Virus record (IMG/VR): IMGVR_UViG_3300011113_000805
Coordinates: 62,001 to 126,000 of that record
Length of the DNA stretch: 64,000 bases
Reading direction: 5' to 3' (one strand)
Under the pieces are notes generated by a model, which worked only from the letters and a program-made list of their open reading frames with translations, was not told the origin of the DNA and searched no databases. A program made the position numbers and the translations under genes. Shown one piece after another: positions 9,390-19,689 of this stretch (position 1 is the stretch's first letter; every line of letters starts with the position of its first letter).

Positions 9390-9878
9390 TCAGTATTGGA
9401 GGACACAGTTGTCCATCTGTAAGGTAAGGTTGATTTCGGCAGGAGCCTCGTCTTCGTAGGAGACATCACCAAAGGTGGCATTGGTGATCTGTGCTCCTTT
9501 GATGTCCCAAAGTTCTACCACAGTGCCAATTGGATCAAGCATTTTTAGCTGGAGATCGCGCTTGTAGAAGTCGGCATAGCCTGCACGACCGGAGACAGTC
9601 TCCATATGTGTGCGAATCCACTCCATCACCTGCTGAGCACCTGAGGGTGCAATGGGATCATAGAGTGTGACCGCCATTGTGCTGAACTTGGCTTTACCAG
9701 CAACATAGCGAACTGTGTTAATCCAGTGAATTTCCTGTTGTCCTACTTCGATAGTAGGACGGGCTGCCGTCTTCACGAGGAATGCGTCGATTCCCTCAAT
9801 TGCCAGAACCCATCGAAACTTACGCTTGGGCTCAAAGCGATTAGGAAGCATATCGGTAACTGAAAGTGTCTCTGCCAT
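9390..9878 (-). CDS. Tail tube protein (T4 gp19-like)
   Basis: 162 aa: FEPKRKFRW, LYDPIAPSGAQQVMEW, GYADFYKRD, LDPIGTVVELW. It follows the sheath genes; SD AAGGAG. Confidence 0.9.
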   Translation of the reverse strand: MAETLSVTDMLPNRFEPKRKFRWVLAIEGIDAFLVKTAARPTIEVGQQEIHWINTVRYVAGKAKFSTMAVTLYDPIAPSGAQQVMEWIRTHMETVSGRAGYADFYKRDLQLKMLDPIGTVVELWDIKGAQITNATFGDVSYEDEAPAEINLTLQMDNCVLQY

Positions 9879-9894
9879 TTTAACTCCTTGTCAT

Positions 9895-9902
9895 TATCTA
9901 TT
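9895..9902 (-). promoter_or_regulatory. Late promoter-like motif AATAGATA
   Basis: 16 nt before the tube ATG. Confidence 0.55.
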
Positions 9903-9914
9903 CACAAGCTGGGC

Positions 9915-12821
9915 TCAAATCTCAACATTGGGATTGGAAACCACAAAGTCGAGTGAGATGAACTCGACAGACCGTGTGGGCTGGATGAAGATCTTGCCAC
10001 GAATGGTGTTGTTCTCCACATCAGCTTGTGTCGTTGTGGTTGTGTCGATCTTCACACGGTACCGATCCACACCCTGCTGGGCCTGAATCTGCTTCAAGAT
10101 TGGATCGACAAGGGCTGAGAACCGAGCAAGGGTAGCGGCACGGTTAGGCTCAAAGAGGATAGAGTTGGCAATGTTTCTCACCTTCCTACGAAGGTCGATG
10201 AGAAGACGACGAACATTGACCCTGTCAAGAGCTGATGCTCGAGCCAAGAGTGTCTTCTGTCCATAGACAACCGGACCAACTGAACCTGGCAATGTTGTAA
10301 TAGGATTAATGTCATTGTCATATAGGACATCAAGGTTATCACGATTGAGCTTCGTCTGCACTTCCACGACTGTGGAGAGTGCTCCACGTGTAAATCCTGC
10401 AGGGGCAAACCAAGGATAAGCAAGTGCATCATTCATGGCGAAAGCACCCAGGACCGCAACCGAAGGTGGGCAGACAAGATTGGTTCTTGTTGCCGGATCA
10501 GTCATCACAACATCCGGAAAGTAGGCCGCGGCAAAGGAAGTGTCAAGTGTCCTGTTTCTTAGACCATTCGCAGTGAGTCCCACCGAGACGGTTTCAACGG
10601 AGGAGGTGATGACCGAATCACTGATATTTCTCTCCTCAATGTCCATGATGTAAATGGCATCGAAACGAGATGTAACGGCATCAATCGCATAGTCAGTAAC
10701 ACCTGGCTCACGAATACCTGGAATTGCAAGGATCTGGATGTCGGCGAAAGCCTTGTCGGCCAGAACATCAATTGCCTTCCTGTAGGCGGCAACTGTATTG
10801 CCTGCTGGACCACCCTGTGTTGCCGTGAAATCCATCTCACGAGCTGCGGCATTGTTGAGGAGATTTGCACGATCACCATTGAAGATGTTGGTGCCGTTGA
10901 AACCGCCTTGGACAAAGAAGGAGAACTTCAGGTACCTGCGAGTTGTGAAATCAGCAAAGTCTGAAACATTAATGAATCTTGCAGGTGCTGCAGCTCCTAA
11001 TGTACCATCTCTACGATAGGATGCTGATGCCCAAAGGTTGGGATTAGGATACCCAGTAAGTGATGAGGTGTCTGCCACTCTCACCTTTGTCAATGAGAAG
11101 AGGTTATTGTTATATGTGTCAGCACCGGCACTAGTCCATGGAACAGCTGAAACTGTAAAGTAGTTGCTAAAATACTTGGTCATCGAAGATACGGTATTGT
11201 CAGCATATGTGTTCTTGTTAGGTTCACTAACAGAGTCATTTACCTCAAACTGAACACCCCAATGGAAGTAAGGTGTTGTTGTTGCTGCTGTGCCGGTTCC
11301 AAGGGCAATTGTTCTACGCATAGGAACAGGAAGCATCTTCACATTATTGATACGAGTTAGCTGATTTGCACCTGCAATATTAAGGTAGTTAACACCTCTA
11401 AATCCAAGTGGTAGAGCATCAGCTGGGATTTCCTGGTTCTCGACTTCAGCAGGAATTTCGAGCCTAATATAGGAGGAGAGATTAGGATAGTTTCCTTCTA
11501 CAACAAGCTTCTGTGCCCCTGCTGCCCTATCAAAGTCATAGTAAGTCTTAGTATCACCAATGACTTTTCCAATATACCTCTCAGAAGCAGGATTCAATGT
11601 GAGACCAATAAAGCTCTCTAGCACCTGTGGTGTATCATCCGTGTCTTCAAACTCCCTCACAAAGAGTGAGAAAGAACCGTATTCTGATGTGGGATCGGTA
11701 GATGGTGTAATGTTACTGATAGAGATCTTAAACTTGGTGTTAGCATATGTGCCATCATCAAGTGAATGAACCCGGAAGAGATCGACAGGTGATCCACCAA
11801 AATCCTGTGAGATAACCATTGGTGAGAATGCAGCCTGGAAACGATCCTCAAATCCCTCGAAGTTAGGAACCGTAGTTGAGCCTGTGTTGAAGGCCTGTGA
11901 CCCGGTGAGAATGAAGGCAATCTCTTCAGAGACACCTGCAATGTTTCCACCGTCACCATTCGTGATATTTCCTGTACCTGTCACAACAGTATATGCACGA
12001 TATGCATCATATGATGTATAGAGATAGTGACCGGCCTGTTCGGTCTTTGTAGGATCTGTATTGAAGATCTCAGCAAAATAGTTTGGAGCTTGTGGATCGA
12101 AAGAAGCCGTTACAATATTGGGATATGTTGCAGTTGCCTTGTGTCCGCTAAGAAGCAGAACAAACTCTTGAATACCAGCTGCAGATAGTTTAACTGCTCC
12201 TGTCATAAATCCAAACACTGTGTTTGGAACAGCAGTTGCAGGAAGGTCATTACTAGTGACACCTGAAGATGAGAGGACAGGAAGAACACCTGATGGTGCA
12301 AAGATGACACCGCGAAGGACAGGAATTGAGTTTGCTGATGTCTGTGCGCCGGCCTCTGAGAAAATAGTGACCCCACTTGACTCTGACATATAGCAACCAA
12401 GGAAGAATGTACGGCCTGTGTAATTGCCAAGTGCGTATGGATTTGCACCAAGATCACCATTTGCCTGTACTTGTCTATCACCAACAACGAAGCCTGCGTT
12501 GGTCACCTTTCCTGCATTGTCACCAGCATTGGATGTTCTGATCTTTCCATCACCGGCGCCTAATATTCTAACATAAGTTCCTGCTCTGGCAGTTCTGAGC
12601 CACTCGTTCATTGCAAGTGGTCCAAACTTCTCACCATCTGTAGGGCCAAACTTGTTAACAAAGTCGGTAAAGTTTGCCACGGTGACCGGAACGAATGCTG
12701 GGCCCCTGAGTGAAGTTCCAATAACACCTGCAGGAACTCCCTGAGGTGCTGCGCTAGTAGGCCCTGAGAGATCGATCTCGCGGGTTCCAACGCCCGGGCT
12801 CTTGAATGTGAGTTCTGCCAT
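9915..12821 (-). CDS. Tail sheath protein, paralogue B
   Basis: 968 aa: N-terminal FKSPGV..REID and GPAFVPVTV; C-terminal PWFAPAGFTRG, LYDNDINPI, GQKTL, SALDRVNVRRLL, PTRSVEFI. Confidence 0.93.
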   Translation of the reverse strand: MAELTFKSPGVGTREIDLSGPTSAAPQGVPAGVIGTSLRGPAFVPVTVANFTDFVNKFGPTDGEKFGPLAMNEWLRTARAGTYVRILGAGDGKIRTSNAGDNAGKVTNAGFVVGDRQVQANGDLGANPYALGNYTGRTFFLGCYMSESSGVTIFSEAGAQTSANSIPVLRGVIFAPSGVLPVLSSSGVTSNDLPATAVPNTVFGFMTGAVKLSAAGIQEFVLLLSGHKATATYPNIVTASFDPQAPNYFAEIFNTDPTKTEQAGHYLYTSYDAYRAYTVVTGTGNITNGDGGNIAGVSEEIAFILTGSQAFNTGSTTVPNFEGFEDRFQAAFSPMVISQDFGGSPVDLFRVHSLDDGTYANTKFKISISNITPSTDPTSEYGSFSLFVREFEDTDDTPQVLESFIGLTLNPASERYIGKVIGDTKTYYDFDRAAGAQKLVVEGNYPNLSSYIRLEIPAEVENQEIPADALPLGFRGVNYLNIAGANQLTRINNVKMLPVPMRRTIALGTGTAATTTPYFHWGVQFEVNDSVSEPNKNTYADNTVSSMTKYFSNYFTVSAVPWTSAGADTYNNNLFSLTKVRVADTSSLTGYPNPNLWASASYRRDGTLGAAAPARFINVSDFADFTTRRYLKFSFFVQGGFNGTNIFNGDRANLLNNAAAREMDFTATQGGPAGNTVAAYRKAIDVLADKAFADIQILAIPGIREPGVTDYAIDAVTSRFDAIYIMDIEERNISDSVITSSVETVSVGLTANGLRNRTLDTSFAAAYFPDVVMTDPATRTNLVCPPSVAVLGAFAMNDALAYPWFAPAGFTRGALSTVVEVQTKLNRDNLDVLYDNDINPITTLPGSVGPVVYGQKTLLARASALDRVNVRRLLIDLRRKVRNIANSILFEPNRAATLARFSALVDPILKQIQAQQGVDRYRVKIDTTTTTQADVENNTIRGKIFIQPTRSVEFISLDFVVSNPNVEI

Positions 12822-12840
12822 GGATGCTCCTAATCTTTCT

Positions 12841-12848
12841 TATTTATC
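12841..12848 (-). promoter_or_regulatory. Late promoter-like motif GATAAATA
   Basis: 19 nt before the sheath B ATG. Confidence 0.55.
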
Positions 12849-15800
12849 ACTCAAACGAGACGCCTGAAGGCGTAATTACGAAGTCGATGGCAATGAACTC
12901 CACCGTCTTGGTCGGAACTATAACAATCTTACCATTAAGTCTATTCTGTTCAGCATCTTGAGGTGTGTTATTGGTGTCATCCATAATGACCCTGAACTTC
13001 TCGATACCGGCCTGTGCCTGGATCAGTGAGAGCTGAGGATTGACGGATGCAATAAACCGCGAGCGGACAGCCGGTGTATTCTGCTCAAAGAGGATACCAC
13101 CGGCGGCCTGACTGACAACCCTCTTAACTTCCAACAAGAGTCTGCGAACATTAACCCTGTCAAGTGCTGATTTCTTCAATTGTAGTGTCTTCTGCCCAAA
13201 GATGACGAATCCACCAGATGGGAATGTTGCAATGGGATTGATCCTTGCATCGTACAAGGTGTCCCTGTCACCCTGGTTGAGTCGCACCTGGACGTTATTG
13301 ACGAAGTCAAGTGCAGCCCTGTTAAAACCTGCAGGGGCAAACCATGGGTAAGCAACCCGGTCATTGAAAGCAATTGCGCCCATTGCGGCAACTGATGCAG
13401 GAACCTTCACACGACGAGCCAGCGCATTATCAGTGATATAGACATCCGGAAAGTATGTAGTGGCATAGTTGTTATCAACATTCAAGGAGACGAATGTCTC
13501 TGATGTCTGCCTAACTGATGGGCGCCGACCGGTGGTATCATCGAATATCCGGACACCGTTATCATCATATGAGGGGATATCCCTAACAAACATCGCCAGT
13601 GAGTAATCACGAGCAGCGTCCTGCGCATAAGTTGTGACCAGGGCTTCCCTGATGCCTGGGATTGCAAGCAGATTAATGTTTGACGAGATCTCATCAGTCA
13701 TTATATCAGTTGCTGTCCTGTAGGCATTGACAATATTGTTAGAAACTCCGGCACCGGCTGCATTAGTAACTAGTCCATCCTCGACGGCTCCGGAAGCCTT
13801 ACCACCAGTCTCTGTCGATGAGGCCTTGTCATTCATTAGACGATTGTCCCTGTCCAGAATGTTGAGACCATCAAATCCGCCATAGAAGACTGTAGTGAAC
13901 TTGTTGAATGCAGCAAACCTGTTGAAGACAACTGATGAAGAGGCCACAAGGGTTGCCATTGTCACCCTATCGCCTGAGGCGTAATTGACTCTGTAGTCAA
14001 TAGGTGAAGGCTGACCATTTCTAACATAGGCGGCCTCACGCATATGCACCTCGGCAGTGCCGGTGACTGCTGAGATTGTAGTGTTTGCCAGTGCAACACG
14101 TGAGAGACTGAACTTGTTAGCGTTGAAGGCATCAGCTGCAGATCCAGTAACCAGAACATCTTGCTTAAAGATACCCTGGAATTTCGTGTAGCTCTTCACC
14201 AGGTTGTTTTCTAGTGTTCCTGCGTTATAGTTGAGGACAGCATTCTTCACGGAAGAAGTCGTTGGCATTGACTGCACGACAACACCCCAGTAGAGACGTG
14301 AGTCGGCGCGCTCATTAGGACCAGGAGCACCAATGTTACCATCAGTTTCACTCATCGTTCCCTTTGTCACCTTGAACCGGAAGGGCAAGGGTGGAAGAAC
14401 AGATGCAGTCAGCGGGAGAGCAGTTCCATCACCACCGAAGAGCCTGGGGCTACCAGTGAATGTTGTTCCACCAAATGTCAGTGAACCTGCGTAGTCAGTC
14501 AAAGAGTCAGTTGTCTTGAGAACGGGAATTCCTCTGAACCCGAAAGGTAGCGCGGCAGGTGGTACCTGCGCAGACTCAATAAGGGGATTCATCACAACCC
14601 TGAAATTGACGCTCCTGTTAGGGTACTTGCCTGAGATGATAAGGCGACGCTCGGACTGCTCATCGGCATCAAAGTTCCACTGGACTTTCTTGTCACCAAT
14701 TGCGCGTGCAATGTAGTTTTCGGCTCGAGGATTCAAGCTAAGAGCAGGATAGTACTCGAGTCCTTGTGGATTAAAGTCATCATCTCCAAATTGTCTTAGA
14801 ATAACATCGAAGGTACCATAAGGTTGATCAGGATCTGTGCTAGCCTGAATGTTCGCAATGGAGACCTTTAGTTTGTCATTGGCATACTCACCATCGGAGA
14901 TTGCCTCAAAGTGGAAGAGGTCATACTCATATGCACCGAAGGGCTGTGAGATGAAGGATGGTGTCTGGGGGGTTGTGAAACGAGTATCGTACCTGCCAAA
15001 AGCCGTCCTGTATGCTGAAGTACTTCCTGAGAGGATTGCAACCGTAGGATCTGTCACGGCAGTGCCTGTCATTACAGGTGCTAGCTCTTTCTCGACAGGA
15101 AAATCCAGGTAAAGCAGGTGTTTCTTAGAGGCAAAGAGATCAGGGTCGGTGTTGAGTACTCGTGAGACATATGCGGAGTCACTTGGATCAAGTGATGCGG
15201 TAAGGATCCTGACACCAGCAAAGCCATCATCACTATCAAAGCTTGACCCGGCTGCCGAGGAGATGATGAGCTTGAACCTTCTGGCAAGACCTGCTGTGTT
15301 GTTATCTGGGCCTAATGAAGCAGTTGTTGCCGCAGGTGAGAATGTCTTGTCAAAGGGGGCCACCTGAATACGAGTACCGGATGCAGGAAAGATCACCGCC
15401 CTGACAAGATTGACATTGTCTCCGCCGGTTCCGTCAACACTGAATGTAGGATTGTCAGTAAAGATCGGAAAGCCCTCTGCCTCCGTGGGGCCGGCAGTTG
15501 AGGCTGAAATATAGTGGCGTGCCACAAGAAACTGTACAGTGGAGTCGGAGTAGGGTGTACTTGCTGCTGTTGAAGCTGCAGGGGTGATCTTGAATCCTGC
15601 GCTCTTCACGGTACCATTAGTGATGGTGTCACTAATGTCAGAAGCATTGGAATTTGCACCACCACCAAGCACTCTGAGGAATGTTAGTGACTGTTTGTGC
15701 TTCAAGAACTCATTAACAGCATAGGGTGCAAATCGCTGTGGATCCAGGTCACCAAACCTGGCTGTAAAGTCTGTTATCGTCGCAAGGGTGACTGGCACGA

Positions 15801-15924
15801 ATGCGGGCCCCTTTTGTGATGTACCAATGACACCACCTGGAACGCCGACGGGCTGCTGAGCACCGGCAACGAGCTCGATCTCCTGCTCGTAAAAACCTGG
15901 GGATCTGAAAGTTTGCTCGGCCAT
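12847..15924 (-). CDS. Tail sheath protein, paralogue A
   Basis: Likely start MAEQTFRSPG at 15924 (SD TAGGAG), 1025 aa. It has the same sheath motifs: PWFAPAGFNR, LYDARINPI, SALDRVNVRRLL, PTKTVEFI. Confidence 0.93.
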   Translation of the reverse strand: MAEQTFRSPGFYEQEIELVAGAQQPVGVPGGVIGTSQKGPAFVPVTLATITDFTARFGDLDPQRFAPYAVNEFLKHKQSLTFLRVLGGGANSNASDISDTITNGTVKSAGFKITPAASTAASTPYSDSTVQFLVARHYISASTAGPTEAEGFPIFTDNPTFSVDGTGGDNVNLVRAVIFPASGTRIQVAPFDKTFSPAATTASLGPDNNTAGLARRFKLIISSAAGSSFDSDDGFAGVRILTASLDPSDSAYVSRVLNTDPDLFASKKHLLYLDFPVEKELAPVMTGTAVTDPTVAILSGSTSAYRTAFGRYDTRFTTPQTPSFISQPFGAYEYDLFHFEAISDGEYANDKLKVSIANIQASTDPDQPYGTFDVILRQFGDDDFNPQGLEYYPALSLNPRAENYIARAIGDKKVQWNFDADEQSERRLIISGKYPNRSVNFRVVMNPLIESAQVPPAALPFGFRGIPVLKTTDSLTDYAGSLTFGGTTFTGSPRLFGGDGTALPLTASVLPPLPFRFKVTKGTMSETDGNIGAPGPNERADSRLYWGVVVQSMPTTSSVKNAVLNYNAGTLENNLVKSYTKFQGIFKQDVLVTGSAADAFNANKFSLSRVALANTTISAVTGTAEVHMREAAYVRNGQPSPIDYRVNYASGDRVTMATLVASSSVVFNRFAAFNKFTTVFYGGFDGLNILDRDNRLMNDKASSTETGGKASGAVEDGLVTNAAGAGVSNNIVNAYRTATDIMTDEISSNINLLAIPGIREALVTTYAQDAARDYSLAMFVRDIPSYDDNGVRIFDDTTGRRPSVRQTSETFVSLNVDNNYATTYFPDVYITDNALARRVKVPASVAAMGAIAFNDRVAYPWFAPAGFNRAALDFVNNVQVRLNQGDRDTLYDARINPIATFPSGGFVIFGQKTLQLKKSALDRVNVRRLLLEVKRVVSQAAGGILFEQNTPAVRSRFIASVNPQLSLIQAQAGIEKFRVIMDDTNNTPQDAEQNRLNGKIVIVPTKTVEFIAIDFVITPSGVSFE

Positions 15925-15958
15925 TATTGGTCTCCTAAGAGTTTCGTAACTCAATAGT

Positions 15959-15966
15959 TATGTATT
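15959..15966 (-). promoter_or_regulatory. Late promoter-like motif AATACATA
   Basis: 34 nt before the sheath A ATG. Confidence 0.5.
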
Positions 15967-15993
15967 ACTGTAGAGTGCTAACCAACACAAAAA

Positions 15994-17244
15994 TCACAAC
16001 TTTGCGAAGGTGTCAATCGAAATAGTTTGCTCACCCTTCTGTGGAGAGACATCAGTAACCTTAGCTGCGACCCTGCCAGGCTTTCCTGTCACTGGATCAC
16101 TCTCCCAGACGACCCTTCGTGTACGCGATGGAATTTTTCCGACATTCCCCACAGCAGAATCATCAGGTCTAAGATCTCCTGTGAGAAGTGAGACATCGTT
16201 CCTGTCGGCTCCTCCATAGGCTTCGGCAGCCGACTTGCCACCCTCGGCAACTGACGCAGAGGGCCTGACGTTATCATCTGTTGCAACTTCTGAGAGGATG
16301 AATGGTTCCACCTTCCCACTAATGAGGGGTGTCTCCTGTACCCTCTCAGAGTCACCGATGTATGTTCCGAATGACACAGTAGGGGCTGATATGTAAGACC
16401 TGATTCCGGACGGAATGCCTTCAATCTCAGGCAAGATAAGATATCCCGGGACCTCTGCGCTGATGGTGGCTTTGACTAAGCGCTCCTCATCATTGAAGTT
16501 GTCAAAATTGTTTCCGGAGCTGAAAGTCTGATCAAAGTAAGCGACAAACCAGTATCCCTTCTTGGTGGTGATCTTTATGCTGCGATGGCCATTAACATAA
16601 GCTCCCAGGAGGACAGTCATCATCTCATTGAGCTGCCCAACATACTGAGCCCAGAAAGTAATCTCGTACTTTACAGTAAAGTACTTTGGCATTGGAATGA
16701 CAATGGTCTCATAGAGGCCGCGCTGGAGATCAGGTTGCAGAAGCCGCCCGGTGGCCGTGTAGTAATTCTCATCAATGTTGGTGAGGATACCAGCTCCTGG
16801 ACCCGATCCATTTCGAAGTCCTTGAGTATTCTGTATCGTCTGCCAGAGAGGATCTTCGGCCGAAACCCTCTTTCTGATGACCATCTCATTAAAGTACTCC
16901 GAGACACCCATTCCCTTTGCGGCATTTTGGTCTATGGCTGTTCTTGCAATAGAGATGATTGGCAGAATAAGTGATCCTGCCTTATCTCGAAGAGGTGATT
17001 TTTTCGATGCTAAGGCAAATCTCTCACCGGTAGCAAAGACGACAGGTATATTCCTTCTCTCCTCGGAGTCCTTCGATGCACGATATGTGAGAGGAAGCCC
17101 ACTGTTAAAAAGCTCAAAGAAAGCCCTGTCAACGTCCTCAATTCCACAGGAAGGCAACGTAAAGTTGCGGGTGACATTGGATCCCTCATATCCGCTAGGA
17201 AGGATACCCGGAACCTCCCTTCTCTTGTCATACTTAGTCTGCAT
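15994..17244 (-). CDS. Tail terminator / sheath stabiliser (T4 gp15-like)
   Basis: 416 aa: IEDVDRAF, IPVVFATGER, LPIISIAR, YEITFW. It lies between the neck and sheath genes. Confidence 0.7.
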   Translation of the reverse strand: MQTKYDKRREVPGILPSGYEGSNVTRNFTLPSCGIEDVDRAFFELFNSGLPLTYRASKDSEERRNIPVVFATGERFALASKKSPLRDKAGSLILPIISIARTAIDQNAAKGMGVSEYFNEMVIRKRVSAEDPLWQTIQNTQGLRNGSGPGAGILTNIDENYYTATGRLLQPDLQRGLYETIVIPMPKYFTVKYEITFWAQYVGQLNEMMTVLLGAYVNGHRSIKITTKKGYWFVAYFDQTFSSGNNFDNFNDEERLVKATISAEVPGYLILPEIEGIPSGIRSYISAPTVSFGTYIGDSERVQETPLISGKVEPFILSEVATDDNVRPSASVAEGGKSAAEAYGGADRNDVSLLTGDLRPDDSAVGNVGKIPSRTRRVVWESDPVTGKPGRVAAKVTDVSPQKGEQTISIDTFAKL

Positions 17245-17897
17245 TATTCATCACCATAGAATGATGATCCTGTCGAATCCTCGACAACCTGCTTCGGGCC
17301 TGTGATAGGTGCATCAAGTACCCCTTTCTCTTGCAGAGCCCTAATATCATTGGTAGGACCTTCAACATTTGTGCTAGCACCACGCTGCTGGGAGAATGTT
17401 TCCTGTACTGCATTAGGACCGGTGAATTCCTCTCCAAGAGGTCCTATTGGTGTCTTTCCAATCTGACCCTCTCGAGCTTGCTTACCTAAAATCTTGAAAC
17501 CTGTGACATGCTCAACCTGGCCAAAGATCTTACTAATGGGAATGAGAGAAGTCGCCTCATAGAATGCTGGTCCATAAGAGAAGTAATCTCCTTCTCTAAG
17601 GAGAATGTTTTTATCAAGCACGTCACGCTGGTGAATCATCACAGTGACAATGCCTCTTGTTTCAGATCCAAATTGTCCTGTATTAACTTCGGGTGAAGTC
17701 CATTCTACCAAGGCATCAAGTTCTACCGGTGGATCGAAGACTTTTTGCTGCGCCTCGGCATAGACATCATGTACCTGTGTTAGCTCCTCTCTCACCCGAT
17801 AGTAATAGATCTTTTGTCCAATGACATCCTTAATGACTTCCTTTGTGAGATCACTAATAAGGTCCAACTCACGCGAGGTAATGAAGAGCCTTGCCAT
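17244..17897 (-). CDS. Neck / head-closure protein (T4 gp14-like)
   Basis: 217 aa: EVIKDVIGQKIYYY, VYAEA, LREGDYFSYG. It follows the gp13-like gene. Confidence 0.7.
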   Translation of the reverse strand: MARLFITSRELDLISDLTKEVIKDVIGQKIYYYRVREELTQVHDVYAEAQQKVFDPPVELDALVEWTSPEVNTGQFGSETRGIVTVMIHQRDVLDKNILLREGDYFSYGPAFYEATSLIPISKIFGQVEHVTGFKILGKQAREGQIGKTPIGPLGEEFTGPNAVQETFSQQRGASTNVEGPTNDIRALQEKGVLDAPITGPKQVVEDSTGSSFYGDE

Positions 17898-17898
17898 C

Positions 17899-19068
17899 TT
17901 AGCCTATCCTGATAGCTTTGCCCATTGGAATGGGAACTGCAAGGAGAGTTTTTCGAATATTATCAACTTGAGCTGCCTGAGTCTCGATGAGCTTGTCTAT
18001 CGTCATAGTGTCAAGCATCTCTTTTAGCTGTGTAATGAGCTTATCTTTCTCATCCCTGCCGTTAGAAACAAGATCACTTCCATTAAGCTGCAGCTCGCCA
18101 CCTGGGATTGGGACAGATCCAAACTTTGATCTCACCAACCCCAAGAGTTCCTTGCTGAGAGCTAGTGTGTACTGACGTGTCCACTGACGTCCAATAGAGT
18201 TGATGCGACTATAAACAAAGTTTCCAAAAGGTACGTTAGAAAGGTTGCTAATGCCGTAAAGAGAAGGATCATGAATGTCCGGATTAAATGGATCTTGAGG
18301 AAATCCAACATTTATCCAAAGTCTAGGTGGAATGTCGGAAACTGGTGTAGGGAATATCCGGATATTCTTGCCAACTATCTGATAACTATAGTTTGACCTT
18401 CTGACCTTGTTAGAGAGAGACATCTGTCCTCCACGGAGGATGTCCTCAAAGACCGGCAGAACATAGAAAACAGTCTCCGGCGTGAATGACTCGAAGGAGA
18501 ACTCATTGTTGAGGTAATTGATAGCCGAGGTTGTGTCAAAGAAACGATAGGCTGCCTGAGGGTTAAAGTGCATCACTTCAAATATGCGAAGCTTTCCTTG
18601 AGATGGATTGAGCGATGATGAAACTATCGGAACTCCTGAGCCATCAACAAGGTCTGTGTAGAGATTGTAGTCTTGTCTTCCTTGCTGCAACTGAATCGAT
18701 GCGGAGACAATGTTGTAAGAGCCACCAACACCCGCCGTAGACCCATATGGCTCTGCAAGTTTTAAAGCAAACTCTAATGTCTCACGAGGAAACTTTTGCT
18801 CCATCCCATCAAGTGTCCCAGTAGCGGCACCAAGCAAGTTATTGAGCTGTGATTTTGCCTGATACTGATTAACAATGGCACCATACTCGCAGAAAGCTTC
18901 CTCGAAACAGGCCCAAATTTGTTTCGAAGTGAGCTCCACTGAGAGAACATCATCACCAAGCTTTCTCTTGACAAATGTAACCATGGCATCGGCCTCTGCC
19001 TGAAACTGTGTATCAGAATCAAAGAAGCCAAATGGTGTCGGACTGAGGGTGTTTGCAAATGAGGCCAT
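17899..19068 (-). CDS. Neck / head-tail adaptor (T4 gp13-like)
   Basis: 389 aa: VKRKLGDDVLSVELT, QWTRQYTLALSKELLGLVRSKFGSVPIPGGELQLNG. Confidence 0.85.
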   Translation of the reverse strand: MASFANTLSPTPFGFFDSDTQFQAEADAMVTFVKRKLGDDVLSVELTSKQIWACFEEAFCEYGAIVNQYQAKSQLNNLLGAATGTLDGMEQKFPRETLEFALKLAEPYGSTAGVGGSYNIVSASIQLQQGRQDYNLYTDLVDGSGVPIVSSSLNPSQGKLRIFEVMHFNPQAAYRFFDTTSAINYLNNEFSFESFTPETVFYVLPVFEDILRGGQMSLSNKVRRSNYSYQIVGKNIRIFPTPVSDIPPRLWINVGFPQDPFNPDIHDPSLYGISNLSNVPFGNFVYSRINSIGRQWTRQYTLALSKELLGLVRSKFGSVPIPGGELQLNGSDLVSNGRDEKDKLITQLKEMLDTMTIDKLIETQAAQVDNIRKTLLAVPIPMGKAIRIG

Positions 19069-19087
19069 CTTACACTCCCAATGTAAA

Positions 19088-19095
19088 TAGGTATT
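19088..19095 (-). promoter_or_regulatory. Late promoter-like motif AATACCTA
   Basis: 19 nt before the gp13-like ATG, just downstream of a terminator. Confidence 0.5.
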
Positions 19096-19112
19096 GAAAG
19101 TGAAATTTGCAT

Positions 19113-19144
19113 AAAAAACGACAACAGGGACCGCAAAGTCCCTG
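19113..19144 (-). terminator. Intrinsic terminator after the decoration-like gene
   Basis: CAGGGAC-TTTGCG-GTCCCTG followed by TTGTCGTTTTTT on the minus strand. Confidence 0.75.
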
Positions 19145-19161
19145 CTGAAGACAATATGTGT

Positions 19162-19614
19162 TTAGGCGCTAATTACGGTAACCCATCCACGTGTTGCTCC
19201 GGTAAAGATAAAGACTGTTGTCTTTGAAGCAATTACAACAGTTGCATTACCCGATGTGTCAGGATCAGTTCCATTAATTTTGTCAGTTCCTGTAGTGTAA
19301 ACTTTAGCAGCGTTTGCACTCAAATTGCTGACAATTCGTACATCACCTGCCACACCGGCCGGAAGCTTCAGGCCATCATTAGCATTTCCAACTGTCGCAA
19401 TTGTAACAACATTTGTGATAGCAGTTGATCCAGCCTCGGTTTGTGTTGTACCTGCTGTCTTTGCACCAATATCTGTTAGGCCGAAAGTTGAAGCAAGTGA
19501 AACGGCTCCGGAGGCTGTCAGGCCTCCTGTAAGTGTCAAATCACTAGTGACTTCAAAACCTGAACCTGCTTCCTGAACGAGACCCTTTGCTGCTGTGTAT
19601 ACTACTTTTGGCAT
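19162..19614 (-). CDS. Head decoration / head fibre-like protein (150 aa)
   Basis: Start MPKVVYTAAKGL at 19614 with SD AAGGAGG. Thr/Gly/Ala-rich beta-type sequence, located between the capsid and neck genes. Confidence 0.55.
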   Translation of the reverse strand: MPKVVYTAAKGLVQEAGSGFEVTSDLTLTGGLTASGAVSLASTFGLTDIGAKTAGTTQTEAGSTAITNVVTIATVGNANDGLKLPAGVAGDVRIVSNLSANAAKVYTTGTDKINGTDPDTSGNATVVIASKTTVFIFTGATRGWVTVISA

Positions 19615-19689
19615 GTGATCCTCCTTTTGGCCGAATGCTTCCGATCCCCTGTCGGTGTCAGGTTGATCACAATGGATCGGGCTTATCGG
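19614..19689 (-). promoter_or_regulatory. Structured 5' leader (stem plus possible pseudoknot over the start codon)
   Basis: CCGATCC/GGATCGG stem with an inner CCTG/CAGG stem. The bulge TGTGATC is complementary to GATCACA, which spans the SD-ATG junction. Confidence 0.5.

Noticed and set aside
1-19068. Extracellular contractile injection system or tailocin, given the multiple sheaths
   Set aside because: Capsid, portal, protease and terminase genes are contiguous, so this is a phage.
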